Positions 47,733 through 56,751 of a DNA stretch of 64,000 nt are shown one piece after another. Location of the stretch: IMG/VR virus record IMGVR_UViG_3300029309_000006, positions 31,753 to 95,752 of that record. One strand, given 5' to 3'. Origin of the DNA: a virus. Numbering within the stretch: position 1 is the stretch's first letter; every line of letters starts with the position of its first letter. The translations under genes and the position numbers were made by a program. A model generated the notes under the pieces. That model worked only from the letters and a program-made list of their open reading frames with translations. It was not told the origin of the DNA and searched no databases.

Positions 47733-48380
47733 TTATTTTATTTTATCGTTATACAAATGTAAGTTGTGTGCAAAATGATAATATGTACCTATTTCATATC
47801 CTGTTCTCTCTGCAACTAATTCTTGTAACTTTGAAAAACAGTATTGATCGTTACAGAAACCGTACCAGAGATCATTAGAACGCATTACAACTGACATATT
47901 AAGCTTATTGTTTAATACTGTAAACTGAACCGCATAAGTACAAGGTGTATCTTTACGGTATATTTTAAATTCTTTACAGTCATATATACTTATAGCCGCG
48001 TGTCTAGTGTTAGAATTATCTTTTAATTTAGCAACAACATAATCTAGTTGATGATTACGTTGCCATTGATAACCATAGTTACTATTAACGTTGCCATCAC
48101 TGTCAGCCATACGTTCCCATATTAAAGGTATTTTACCGTATATTTCACCTAGCTTTTTAATATTAGGGTTGCCAGATAAATACCATTGCCACTCTGCTTC
48201 TGCATAATCATAATTCCATTTTCTATGTTTAGCTAAAATTTTATTGTCCATAGGCTTTTCAATATAAAAACCTATATTAAATAAAGCTTTTGTGTTATCA
48301 AAATCTACACCATTAAACATTATCAATGGAAAGAAATAATTAAAAGCATCGCTTGCTGTTTTAAACTTTGTTTTTGTCAT
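47733..48380 (-). CDS. Thymidylate synthase family enzyme, probably dCMP (hydroxy)methylase type
   Basis: NSNYG, catalytic PCT, MRSNDLWYGFCND and NLHLY motifs; likely start MTKTKF. Confidence 0.8.
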   Translation of the reverse strand: MTKTKFKTASDAFNYFFPLIMFNGVDFDNTKALFNIGFYIEKPMDNKILAKHRKWNYDYAEAEWQWYLSGNPNIKKLGEIYGKIPLIWERMADSDGNVNSNYGYQWQRNHQLDYVVAKLKDNSNTRHAAISIYDCKEFKIYRKDTPCTYAVQFTVLNNKLNMSVVMRSNDLWYGFCNDQYCFSKLQELVAERTGYEIGTYYHFAHNLHLYNDKIK

Positions 48381-48624
48381 AATAAAATCTATATAATTCA
48401 AATATTTTATCCATAACTTGTTTTCCGTTATATTTATAAGGTGATCTTACTTTTTTACCATTTACATTTACATCAATCCACCAGTAATAATTATCTCTAT
48501 CACTTGAACAAGCCCATGGCCCTATTTTTATACCATTGTTTATACACCAATTATAAGCTATCTTATCTTCCTTAGTCCATTTAGGAGCAGCCATTAATGT
48601 TTTACGTTTTCTAGCTGGTGCCAT
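48361..48624 (-). CDS. Hypothetical protein
   Basis: Coupled ORF downstream of primase-helicase; start uncertain. Confidence 0.55.
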   Translation of the reverse strand: MAPARKRKTLMAAPKWTKEDKIAYNWCINNGIKIGPWACSSDRDNYYWWIDVNVNGKKVRSPYKYNGKQVMDKIFELYRFYYDKNKV

Positions 48625-50348
48625 TATTCCCAAGGCATAGCCTCTTCTTCTAGTTTAGCCATTTCATGAGGTATAAAACAACCAGATCTTCTTTCCCATT
48701 TAAAATGAGCTTCAGCTCCGTTTTCACCTAAGTTTTGAAACTTAACTTTAAGTACTTTAGCTTTTACTGTTTTAGCTTCATAATCTCTATGTACTAATAA
48801 ACCATGGTAACTAGCATCATACCATTCACCACCGCCTTTTATATTATACATTGTAGGCTCTTCTATTTTACCTTCTTTATCTTTATACATTTTAGTTGGA
48901 TGAGCTACTATAAAAACTAAAACATCAAACTTTTTTGCAAACGTTTCTATTTTAGTTAAGTACTCCATTGTATATCTGTTTACATCTTCAGTTTTACAAT
49001 CAACATCTCTAATCTTATTAAAAGGGTCTATAACTAAACACTTTATACCTTTACGTTTTACAAGCTCAGCACCTTTTCGCAGTACAGATTCAAGAGTATA
49101 TCTTTCCATATCAATGAAAAAGAAATTATCATTAACGTGTTCTGCGACTTGTTTCCATTTGTTTGTTCCAATATCCTGTTGTGTAGGCATATCTTCCCAA
49201 ACTTTCCTCATTAATTTATGAGCATGTAAATACGTTGGCGCATTTTCTGGTGATGCAAAAGCCGTCTTCCAATTATAGTTACGGTTATATCCGACAACCA
49301 TTTGGTCAACGAAGTCGGATTTGCCCGAACTAGGTATGCCAGTAACAGTAATAAATTGACCGGTATAAGTAGAAAAAATGTTATCAAAATTCTGTAAGCC
49401 AACCTGAAATCCTTTCTTAAAGCCATTACGAACAAAGTCAGTAACTTCATCTTCAATATCTTTGAACGTTGTAACATTTTCAAGTGGTACAGGTCTTGCT
49501 TGGTTGATTCTTTGTATAAGTTCTTCTTTTCCATATTTTATTAAATATTCGTTAGCATCTTTACAGTCATCAAAGCTAGATAAAAAACAAACTTCAGCAC
49601 CTAGTCTTCTTATTAGCTCTTGTTGTAAAGCTAAACCTGGCTCATCATCATCAACAGCTAGTATTATTCTTTCTTTGTCTTCAAAATAATCTATACAATT
49701 ATCTAAATAATCTAAGTTGTTGCTATTTAATGTAGCGCCGTTAGGAACTGATATAGCGTTTGTAATACCAGCTTCATGTAAAGCTAATACATCCATTTCA
49801 CCTTCGGTTATAACACAATTGTCATAACCAACTATACTGTTTATATTATAAAATATTTTTTCAGCTCCTTTATAAAGTTTAAAGTTTTTTCTACCGTCTC
49901 TATATTTTATATTAATAAGTTCATCACCCATTATATAGTTAAACTGTATAGTGTTTTCAGACTTACCTGTCTGTGGCATAAACTCTTTACCTTCTGTTAT
50001 ATTTAATTCATTTAAGGTTTTATTAGATATGCCTCGTGACACAAACCAATTATATACTTTTTTGCTGAGCTGTTTAGGGTCAACACAATTCAACGCATCA
50101 GGCCTAGAATAATTTTTATTCGCTGACCCTTTGCGTTGATATGTATGTAATTGAAATGATGAATCACAGTGATGACAAGTACCAAGTCCTCTTTCCCAAT
50201 CATAACTAGCACATTTTGCTTTTTGATTTTTAGGTTTCCTACCAGACGAACACAGGGGACAAATCCCCTGCGTTGCACCAACCTTTAGGTTGTGTTGGTT
50301 AAACTGGTCGATCAAAAATCCGTTAATCTCCGTGTTGTTTACTTGCAT
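48624..50348 (-). CDS. Primase-helicase (Zn finger + TOPRIM + SF4 helicase, T7 gp4/Twinkle-like)
   Basis: CPLC...CHHC, ITEGEMD, DDDEPG, KDANE, GIPSSGKS Walker A, VIDP, VAHP. Confidence 0.92.
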   Translation of the reverse strand: MQVNNTEINGFLIDQFNQHNLKVGATQGICPLCSSGRKPKNQKAKCASYDWERGLGTCHHCDSSFQLHTYQRKGSANKNYSRPDALNCVDPKQLSKKVYNWFVSRGISNKTLNELNITEGKEFMPQTGKSENTIQFNYIMGDELINIKYRDGRKNFKLYKGAEKIFYNINSIVGYDNCVITEGEMDVLALHEAGITNAISVPNGATLNSNNLDYLDNCIDYFEDKERIILAVDDDEPGLALQQELIRRLGAEVCFLSSFDDCKDANEYLIKYGKEELIQRINQARPVPLENVTTFKDIEDEVTDFVRNGFKKGFQVGLQNFDNIFSTYTGQFITVTGIPSSGKSDFVDQMVVGYNRNYNWKTAFASPENAPTYLHAHKLMRKVWEDMPTQQDIGTNKWKQVAEHVNDNFFFIDMERYTLESVLRKGAELVKRKGIKCLVIDPFNKIRDVDCKTEDVNRYTMEYLTKIETFAKKFDVLVFIVAHPTKMYKDKEGKIEEPTMYNIKGGGEWYDASYHGLLVHRDYEAKTVKAKVLKVKFQNLGENGAEAHFKWERRSGCFIPHEMAKLEEEAMPWE

Positions 50349-50357
50349 CTATATAAT

Positions 50358-50660
50358 TTAAAATGGTAAATCATCTACCGGTTCTTTCACCGGATTTATT
50401 GTAGGTTGTGTTTTAGGAGCTGTACCAACGTTTTGGTCATTTGTCCATACAACCTTTACATTACCTAAATAAACTTTTTCAGTTTTAGCATCTCTTTCGT
50501 CTTTTGTTTGTTGTACACAAACAGGACCGTTGTTACCAAACTGGTCAAGCTCATCGTTTAATGTAATTGTTATTGGTAAGTATTTACCTTTTTTACCTTC
50601 AACAATTTTGTCTTTAGGTATTTTTGTAAGGTCAATACTTGTAGCTATTATACTTGCCAT
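50358..50660 (-). CDS. Single-stranded DNA-binding protein
   Basis: IDLTKIPK...YLGN core and acidic DDLPF tail. Confidence 0.75.
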   Translation of the reverse strand: MASIIATSIDLTKIPKDKIVEGKKGKYLPITITLNDELDQFGNNGPVCVQQTKDERDAKTEKVYLGNVKVVWTNDQNVGTAPKTQPTINPVKEPVDDLPF

Positions 50661-50863
50661 TATACAGTTGTTTGAAATAAGTTATTAAACATAGTTCTAA
50701 GATCTGACGCATTCATGCCAGTTCTTCTTCTGAAGTTATCTGCTTTTTTAGAGTAAGGATGTAAGCCATCATTAGTACTATTATTAACATAAAATTCAGT
50801 TACAGGAAAATTCATTCCAGTCATTGCACATTGCTTTGTTGTTATTTTTCTTTTTCTACCCAT
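50660..50863 (-). CDS. Small protein with degenerate Zn-finger-like motif
   Basis: KQC...P..EFY...DGL pattern with most Cys residues lost. Confidence 0.5.
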   Translation of the reverse strand: MGRKRKITTKQCAMTGMNFPVTEFYVNNSTNDGLHPYSKKADNFRRRTGMNASDLRTMFNNLFQTTV

Positions 50864-50875
50864 AATAAAATATAA

Positions 50876-51607
50876 TTAAAGTGTTTTAGCGATAAAATAT
50901 TGCTTCGGGTCAAATGATTCTGTTTTATAAAATAAATCATATGCTTCAGCAGCTCTTTTTACTTTATCCTGACCTGATTCATAAAAATCAGTAGAACAAT
51001 CAAATAATCCTATTTGGTGGCTTGTTTTGTCTATCGCTATAAATAAAAATTCATAACCAAATAGTTTACTATAAATATAGGCTTGACTATCGTAATTATA
51101 ACGATAAGCCGAGCTTTTAAATTTAGAAAGATCAGCTGTAGTTTTAAGATCGATAATAAGCTTTTCATCGTGATTAACTATGTCAGCTTTACCTTTCCAC
51201 ATTTGTCCTTCTATTTCTGCAATGTTAGGTTGTTCGTAGTCTATATTACCTACACGTATTAAGCTTTTACAAACTTTATTGTTTAACACGCTTTCTGTTA
51301 GTTTCTCTATAAGATCTACTTCGTGTTGTAATAAGCATAATTCGCCACCTGACATCTCTTTATAAACTTTAGTATTTCTAGTTGACGAAGGTATTACCTT
51401 AAATTTCTTAAGCTTGTCTGGCTCAAGAATAGAGGTATGAAAATATCCGCCGACTAGAAACGCAGGTCGTTGTTCTGACGCTGCTCCTAAAGCTAAAGGG
51501 TTATGTAATAAAGCTCTAATGTCACTATTACTTAGATATTGTTTACCAAAATCACCGTAATAATGCTCATCAATTTTAAGCTTTTCAATAACCTCTTGTT
51601 TTGTCAT
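50876..51607 (-). CDS. PD-(D/E)XK exonuclease (RecE/exonuclease VIII-like)
   Basis: LSNS, GGYFHTSILEP, KGKAD...IDLKTT, YDSQAYIY. Confidence 0.85.
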   Translation of the reverse strand: MTKQEVIEKLKIDEHYYGDFGKQYLSNSDIRALLHNPLALGAASEQRPAFLVGGYFHTSILEPDKLKKFKVIPSSTRNTKVYKEMSGGELCLLQHEVDLIEKLTESVLNNKVCKSLIRVGNIDYEQPNIAEIEGQMWKGKADIVNHDEKLIIDLKTTADLSKFKSSAYRYNYDSQAYIYSKLFGYEFLFIAIDKTSHQIGLFDCSTDFYESGQDKVKRAAEAYDLFYKTESFDPKQYFIAKTL

Positions 51608-51611
51608 ATGT

Positions 51612-52127
51612 TTAGACTGTTTCAGCTTTTAATGCTGCCTCTTGTTGAGGTGTTAATTGATACTTCTTTTTTATTTGATCTATTTTACCACCAGACTTTA
51701 CATATCTTTTAGCTTCTGATATATCTTTTAAGTTTTCTTTGTGGTTATTGGTAGCATCACTGTCTTGAGTATCATCAATTAGGAATAAATTTCCTAGTGC
51801 ATACTTCTTACCATAGCTCGAGGCTGTACCGAACTGTTGTGGTGTTTGCATACCTTTTTGGTTAAGATCAACACCAACTAAAGCTGTAGCAGGTATTTTA
51901 TCTTTACCATCAGATATAACAGCACAACTCTCTATAATAGGCATAGGTTCAGGTGAAATTAATTTTTCACTTATTGTTACTGATACTCCTAATTCTAATA
52001 AATAGGGTTTTGTTGCTTCGAGAATGTCTTCGGCTGATCTGAAGTAATATTTGCCGAATGAATTAAATCTACTCTTCTTCGATTTAAATTTTGTTTGAAT
52101 TGTGGCTAACTTTTGGTTTATGGTCAT
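51612..52127 (-). CDS. erf: ERF-family ssDNA annealing protein
   Basis: NSFGKYYFRSAEDI...QQFGTASSYGKKYALGNLFLIDDTQDSD. Confidence 0.88.
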   Translation of the reverse strand: MTINQKLATIQTKFKSKKSRFNSFGKYYFRSAEDILEATKPYLLELGVSVTISEKLISPEPMPIIESCAVISDGKDKIPATALVGVDLNQKGMQTPQQFGTASSYGKKYALGNLFLIDDTQDSDATNNHKENLKDISEAKRYVKSGGKIDQIKKKYQLTPQQEAALKAETV

Positions 52128-52170
52128 AATAATATAATTACATGTTTAAATTAAGTTTTACAAAGGTAAA

Positions 52171-52932
52171 CTACAGATAGTCAAGCACTTGCGAGTGATC
52201 AACACTATCAATTAGTTTATCTACAGCTTGTTTTTTAAGCTCTGAAACACGTACATAAGCACTGCTTCCCTCTATGTTTAAGATTTCTGCTATTCTGTTT
52301 GCTGAATGTTTTTCACAGTCTAAACCATAGCTTAATCTTAAAACTTGATATTCTCGTTCATTAAGATGTTTCTTTAATAAACCAGTTAAATAAATATTTA
52401 ATAACGCAATATTATATGGCTCAGATTTATCTGCTATTTGATATATCATATTCTCTTCATCATCATTGTTTTTAGGTTTATCATCAATAGATAAAAACAT
52501 ACTATTAAAAAACATTGCAACCATCTTTTGATCTTTACCATTGTTCTTACGTATTTCGTTTAGCTTATGCTCTGGTATTCTCATATCACCTCTATTAATA
52601 TCAATACCTCTTCTAATACCTCCTTTAATTCGTTTTGATAAGAAAGATTTTAATGTTTTTTCTTTGTCGTCTGAGTTGTTTAATTTAATCCAATCAATTC
52701 GATCTATAGCTTTAACAAGACTTAAATTACCTTCTTGCATTAAATCCATTATAGACATAACGCCTGAAGCCTGTTGACTTGTTGAAAATTTTCTAGCTAT
52801 ATTTTCTACTAAAGGCAAAAACTTATAAGTAAGCTCTTTGTTACTATACTCTGCTAAAGGTTTTTCCTTAGGTTGATTAGCTATTACGTCATTTTTATAA
52901 CGTACATAGTTTTTAATATTATATTTCTTCAT
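52171..52932 (-). CDS. Phage sigma70-family factor
   Basis: Region 2 LVENIARKF...DLMQEGNLSLVKAIDR; MRIP; region 4 LNEREYQVLRLSYGL...IAEILNI. Confidence 0.88.
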   Translation of the reverse strand: MKKYNIKNYVRYKNDVIANQPKEKPLAEYSNKELTYKFLPLVENIARKFSTSQQASGVMSIMDLMQEGNLSLVKAIDRIDWIKLNNSDDKEKTLKSFLSKRIKGGIRRGIDINRGDMRIPEHKLNEIRKNNGKDQKMVAMFFNSMFLSIDDKPKNNDDEENMIYQIADKSEPYNIALLNIYLTGLLKKHLNEREYQVLRLSYGLDCEKHSANRIAEILNIEGSSAYVRVSELKKQAVDKLIDSVDHSQVLDYL

Positions 52933-53554
52933 TTAATATTTGTTTTTCTTGTTTTAAAGCGTCGCACATATGTCTATGTATAGTTCTTGTAGAGCAATTA
53001 AGCAAGCTAGCAATTGATTTAATTGTTATTTTTTTGTTATAATAATTTAAGTCAATCATAGCATTATATATGTCTGATTTACCCATGCTAGATCTTCCTA
53101 TTAGCTTACCTACAATACTTAGTTTTTCATTTAAGCTTAATCCACAATATGGTTTAAATACTACTTTACGTAGCTTGTTTGCAGGTGGGTCACCACCTTG
53201 ATTAAACACATCTTCTATCATATCATTTAATGTTTTTTGTTGTATAAAGAAAGTTACAAAACCATTTTCTTTATTTGCTATAAACTTAAAAACACTTCTC
53301 ATGTCATCTTTTATTGAAACATAATCATACTCAACACCATCCCTGTTTAAATAATATAAAACAAGCATGTGCCACTTTAAAGATTTATATGTAGTTATCT
53401 TAGCTTTGCTATTAAACAAATGATAACATTGATACGTACCTTTTTCGTAGTATTTGTATTGTTCTGTTTCAACAGTAGGTTTGTCAGTGTCTGGGTCTTG
53501 CCTGTACACAACTCGCCTGTCGTTTAACCATTTTATATTTCTTTCATATGACAT
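52919..53554 (-). CDS. C-terminal HTH protein, candidate replication initiator or regulator
   Basis: KITIKSIASLLNCSTRTIHRHM HTH; start codon overlapped by a 43-bp inverted repeat. Confidence 0.55.
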   Translation of the reverse strand: MSYERNIKWLNDRRVVYRQDPDTDKPTVETEQYKYYEKGTYQCYHLFNSKAKITTYKSLKWHMLVLYYLNRDGVEYDYVSIKDDMRSVFKFIANKENGFVTFFIQQKTLNDMIEDVFNQGGDPPANKLRKVVFKPYCGLSLNEKLSIVGKLIGRSSMGKSDIYNAMIDLNYYNKKITIKSIASLLNCSTRTIHRHMCDALKQEKQILNEEI

Positions 53555-53591
53555 TAGCTAGTTACTTATTTATTCTTAAAAGCTTTTGTCC
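53549..53591. promoter_or_regulatory. Bipartite operator TGACATTAGC-N23-GCTTTTGTC(C), copy 1
   Basis: Near-identical arms and identical spacing at 59142-59184. Confidence 0.65.
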
Positions 53592-53623
53592 TAGTTTTTC
53601 TAGGTTTTCTAAAATTTTTAATT

Positions 53624-53833
53624 TTATCTTGTAAACCGAATAAGTTTACTTTGTATTGATGCAATATATGTTTTCTCATTTTGCTCATAATTACTTAAAT
53701 ATTTTTGGCCCGGAGGACCTTCGATTAATAATTCAATATTTTCTTTTGTATAACATTCTTTTTCAGGCCAATTTAACCACCTGTTTTCTAAAGAAGTATA
53801 TCTATCAGGAGGTAAATCTACCGCCCAAATCAT
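53624..53833 (-). CDS. Hypothetical protein (start uncertain)
   Basis: Non-overlapping 3' part of ORF 53624..54079. Confidence 0.4.
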   Translation of the reverse strand: MIWAVDLPPDRYTSLENRWLNWPEKECYTKENIELLIEGPPGQKYLSNYEQNEKTYIASIQSKLIRFTR

Positions 53834-53846
53834 AGTAGCAAGGCAA

Positions 53847-54365
53847 CTAACCTGTGCCACAAATACCGTTATAATAACGATCAAGAACATCGATTGGAAC
53901 CGTGTTGAATTCGTAGGGTGTTTCATTTTTATTACAAATTTTTCGTTTATCAATAATATAATATCGCCAGTAACCGTGTATAGCATTTTGGCGTTTATGT
54001 TCTTCCGGCATACACTGCGGAGGTTGTTTAAATTTTTTGGTCGGCATACCAGATGGTGGTCTGAGTAATGGTTCAGCACATTTAGTTATAGATAAATGAT
54101 GCTTTCCATAACGTTTAGTATACTCATCGCCTAAAGCTAGCATATGTAAGTATAACCAGTAGTAATGATGAGTATTCTCACGCACCCATATTGTAGACGG
54201 ATGGTTTAAATGCGCCTGTTTATAAGGTACATTATGACCGTTGTCATACGCATGGTGTGCTGTACACAACATCTGGGCCGACTCTAATATCATTTTTACC
54301 TTGTGCTTGTCATATACATAACTTGCAGCAAGATAAGGGTCTTCATGTAAATAAAATATATTCAT
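53847..54365 (-). CDS. Pyrimidine dimer DNA glycosylase family protein
   Basis: MNIFYL...DKHKVKMILESAQML...HLNHPSTIW...PQCMP. Confidence 0.8.
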   Translation of the reverse strand: MNIFYLHEDPYLAASYVYDKHKVKMILESAQMLCTAHHAYDNGHNVPYKQAHLNHPSTIWVRENTHHYYWLYLHMLALGDEYTKRYGKHHLSITKCAEPLLRPPSGMPTKKFKQPPQCMPEEHKRQNAIHGYWRYYIIDKRKICNKNETPYEFNTVPIDVLDRYYNGICGTG

Positions 54366-55198
54366 TATTCGTAATTTCTAATACATTTAAACAATGGGTG
54401 TCTGTAACTACCTGCATTTGTTCTTTGAAAATAAGTAAACGTAGCTCGTTGACCCATATATTTATTAATGTTTTTAAGCATATTAGCTAGATCTTTGTAG
54501 TTGTAACCTTTACCAGGTGGACAACCAAACTTGTTACCGTCGTCGTCTTGCATTAAGAACTTACCGAGAGTACCTAGACGTTTACCTTTACCTAGTTCAT
54601 AACCAACTATTGTAGCTTCAGAATCAGAAAAGTCTTTAAACTTCATAAGATCATAAGATCTACCGTGTTTGTATAAACCATCTAGCCTTATAATAGAACC
54701 TTCATAACCTTTTTTTAAGTTTATATTATGTAATGCTCTAGCTTCGTCGTAAAATCTAACTTTATTTGTTTTAACATATTTTATATAAGTACCATATATA
54801 TCAGAACAAGCTAGTTGATCTTGTCTTGTACCATAAGAGTCATACATTACTCCATCGAAGTAATCATAACAATGAAATTGTACAAGATGTTGAGCATCTA
54901 TTCTATCAGTATCAGTAGGCTTTTGCTTACGAACTAATGATATAATTTTTTCAAAGTCATTTTTAAGTTTGTGATTATATAATTCACCATCTAATATAAC
55001 GTCAGGTTGTTGATCGAAAAATGGTTTAAGAGCCATTTCAATATGTCTTAAGTTCATAAATTGTTTACCGGAACGAGAATACGCGCCATTTTTAGTAAAC
55101 AGACAGCGAACGCCATCTAATTTAGGTTGTATGTATACAGGTTGAGACCAGTCTACACGGCTATCGTCATACTTGTGAGCTAACATTGGTTTATTCAT
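54365..55198 (-). CDS. lig: ATP-dependent DNA ligase
   Basis: KPMLA, QPKLDGVR, LDGELY, GYEGSIIR, LMKFK motifs and OB domain. Confidence 0.92.
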   Translation of the reverse strand: MNKPMLAHKYDDSRVDWSQPVYIQPKLDGVRCLFTKNGAYSRSGKQFMNLRHIEMALKPFFDQQPDVILDGELYNHKLKNDFEKIISLVRKQKPTDTDRIDAQHLVQFHCYDYFDGVMYDSYGTRQDQLACSDIYGTYIKYVKTNKVRFYDEARALHNINLKKGYEGSIIRLDGLYKHGRSYDLMKFKDFSDSEATIVGYELGKGKRLGTLGKFLMQDDDGNKFGCPPGKGYNYKDLANMLKNINKYMGQRATFTYFQRTNAGSYRHPLFKCIRNYE

Positions 55199-55430
55199 TT
55201 TCTAATCTTTTTTCTATTCGTTTAATTTTTTTTAATATTATAGCAGCTTTACGATACTCTTCTTGATCTTCGAGCATTAGTAATACTGTATTTAATCTTG
55301 CTAGTTCAGATATTAATATTTCTTCTTGATTAGCAAGAAAGTTTAAAGGACTAATGTCACCGTATTTTTCTATTATTCTAGCTATTACTAAATCTACTAG
55401 CTTGTCTATACGCGGGTCTTTTTCTCTCAT
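55191..55430 (-). CDS. Small protein with UVR-like motif
   Basis: EDQEEYRKAAIILKKI. Confidence 0.55.
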   Translation of the reverse strand: MREKDPRIDKLVDLVIARIIEKYGDISPLNFLANQEEILISELARLNTVLLMLEDQEEYRKAAIILKKIKRIEKRLENE

Positions 55431-55582
55431 AAATATTCATTTAGTTTTTTAGGATTTTGTAAGAAGTATTTAATTTCCCATTGTTTATCTTCTAGCTCTT
55501 CAATCCTAACTAATAATTCTTTAAGTGTATAAGACTCACCATCTCTGTGAGATTTAACTTTTATTTCATTTATATTATCCAT
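55427..55582 (-). CDS. Small hypothetical protein (51 aa; not in ORF track)
   Basis: MDNINEIKVKSHRDGESYTLKELL...; ATGA overlap with next gene. Confidence 0.5.
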   Translation of the reverse strand: MDNINEIKVKSHRDGESYTLKELLVRIEELEDKQWEIKYFLQNPKKLNEYL

Positions 55583-55604
55583 TTGTTATCGTATTTAGTC
55601 TGTA
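55573..55604 (-). promoter_or_regulatory. Early-promoter-like motif, copy 1
   Basis: TACAGAC-NN-AATAC-N11-GATAATA on - strand. Confidence 0.7.
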
Positions 55605-56071
55605 TAACTTTGTGTACTTCTTAAACCGCTATATTCACATCTAGTTTCACCTTTAGCAAAATCAGTATAATCCATATCATCTTTATATCTTTGAATTACT
55701 TTATAAGGTTCTAATACAAATACATTTCTATTTCTGTAATTATCCCAACAGCTAATCCATATATCAGGTTTACCTGTCCATATAATATAAGCATAATCAT
55801 GTTCAATATTTTTTATATTTGAATATAAGTAGCAACTGTCATAGTACATATCACGCACTAACTTTGCTGCCAATGCACTACCATCTTGTCTAGCATTAAC
55901 TTTACACCAGTTTGCTAACTGTACACCTTGCCACTGTGGATAACCATCATGATGTAAATACATATTTACATAGCTTTTGTCACTTACACATCTGGGTTCT
56001 GCAGCAAAACCTAACTGGTTTTTTTCTGCATATTTTCGGTCTACGACCATTGTTATGTTTCTTGTTGCCAT
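55595..56071 (-). CDS. Conserved early phage protein
   Basis: MATR...MYLHHDGYP...G pattern. Confidence 0.7.
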   Translation of the reverse strand: MATRNITMVVDRKYAEKNQLGFAAEPRCVSDKSYVNMYLHHDGYPQWQGVQLANWCKVNARQDGSALAAKLVRDMYYDSCYLYSNIKNIEHDYAYIIWTGKPDIWISCWDNYRNRNVFVLEPYKVIQRYKDDMDYTDFAKGETRCEYSGLRSTQSYTD

Positions 56072-56072
56072 T

Positions 56073-56303
56073 TTAAAAATATTTAGTAAATCCGTTATCT
56101 GTCTCTATCAGTTTAGCTATGTAATTCCATATCTTTAATTCTTTTTTAGCTCTATCAAGAACACCTTGATGTTGTTCTATTGTTATGAAAGGCGACAGTG
56201 TGCCTGTTTTTAATTCTTGCTTTAATCTGCTAATGTCATTATTGCACGACATTATATTAGCAAAAGCTTTATCGTGTGCGCTGTTTTTTATTTCTGTTTC
56301 CAT
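56073..56303 (-). CDS. Hypothetical early protein
   Basis: Packed - strand ORF. Confidence 0.6.
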   Translation of the reverse strand: METEIKNSAHDKAFANIMSCNNDISRLKQELKTGTLSPFITIEQHQGVLDRAKKELKIWNYIAKLIETDNGFTKYF

Positions 56304-56304
56304 A

Positions 56305-56562
56305 TTAATCTATTAAATAAGCATTACCGTATAGTACTTCACTAGCTGACATATTGTTTATATGATGCGCACCGCCTGGCCATGTGCTTATATTACAATA
56401 AATGTTAACTTTTTGAACATCATCTACTTTAAGATCAGACCATGAAGTTTTAGACATAAGAGTATATTTAAGTCTTTTAGCACTTGAATAATCTTTAGCA
56501 GATTTGTTTAATATTTTTTTAAGTTCTGGCTTTAGCCTTTCGTAAACTGTTTTTATTTTCAT
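56305..56562 (-). CDS. Hypothetical early protein
   Basis: ATG 6 nt downstream of the motif GATAAT. Confidence 0.65.
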   Translation of the reverse strand: MKIKTVYERLKPELKKILNKSAKDYSSAKRLKYTLMSKTSWSDLKVDDVQKVNIYCNISTWPGGAHHINNMSASEVLYGNAYLID

Positions 56563-56567
56563 ATTAT

Positions 56568-56599
56568 TATTATCTTATAATTATTGTATTAAGTCTGTA
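56568..56599 (-). promoter_or_regulatory. Early-promoter-like motif, copy 2
   Basis: TACAGAC-TT-AATAC-N11-GATAATA. Confidence 0.75.
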
Positions 56600-56604
56600 A
56601 TTAG

Positions 56605-56747
56605 TGGACGTGGCAGGAATCGAACCTGCGTCCAAGTTAGTGTGACGCAATATGTAATACACTTCCGTACGCTCGCTTATATCCGTCGATAGTCGGCACC
56701 ACATACATATATTGTCTCCTATTTCTTGTCTACCCTATTTCACGCCC
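56605..56747 (-). ncRNA. Miniature tmRNA-like RNA (tRNA-like domain with short insert)
   Basis: Acceptor stem GGGCGTG/CACGTCC with G3.U70 and discriminator A; T-arm GCAGG-TTCGATT-CCTGC preceded by GGAC; stemless D-loop ending GAC; 143 nt. Confidence 0.8.
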
Positions 56748-56751
56748 TTAT

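Noticed and set aside
53834-54079. N-terminal extension of ORF 53624..54079
   Set aside because: Overlaps the glycosylase gene in another frame; a downstream ATG is more plausible
56605-56634. Canonical tRNA gene or attP tRNA fragment
   Set aside because: No D-stem or anticodon arm; the matching 5' acceptor strand lies about 140 nt away with tmRNA features, and no integrase is visible
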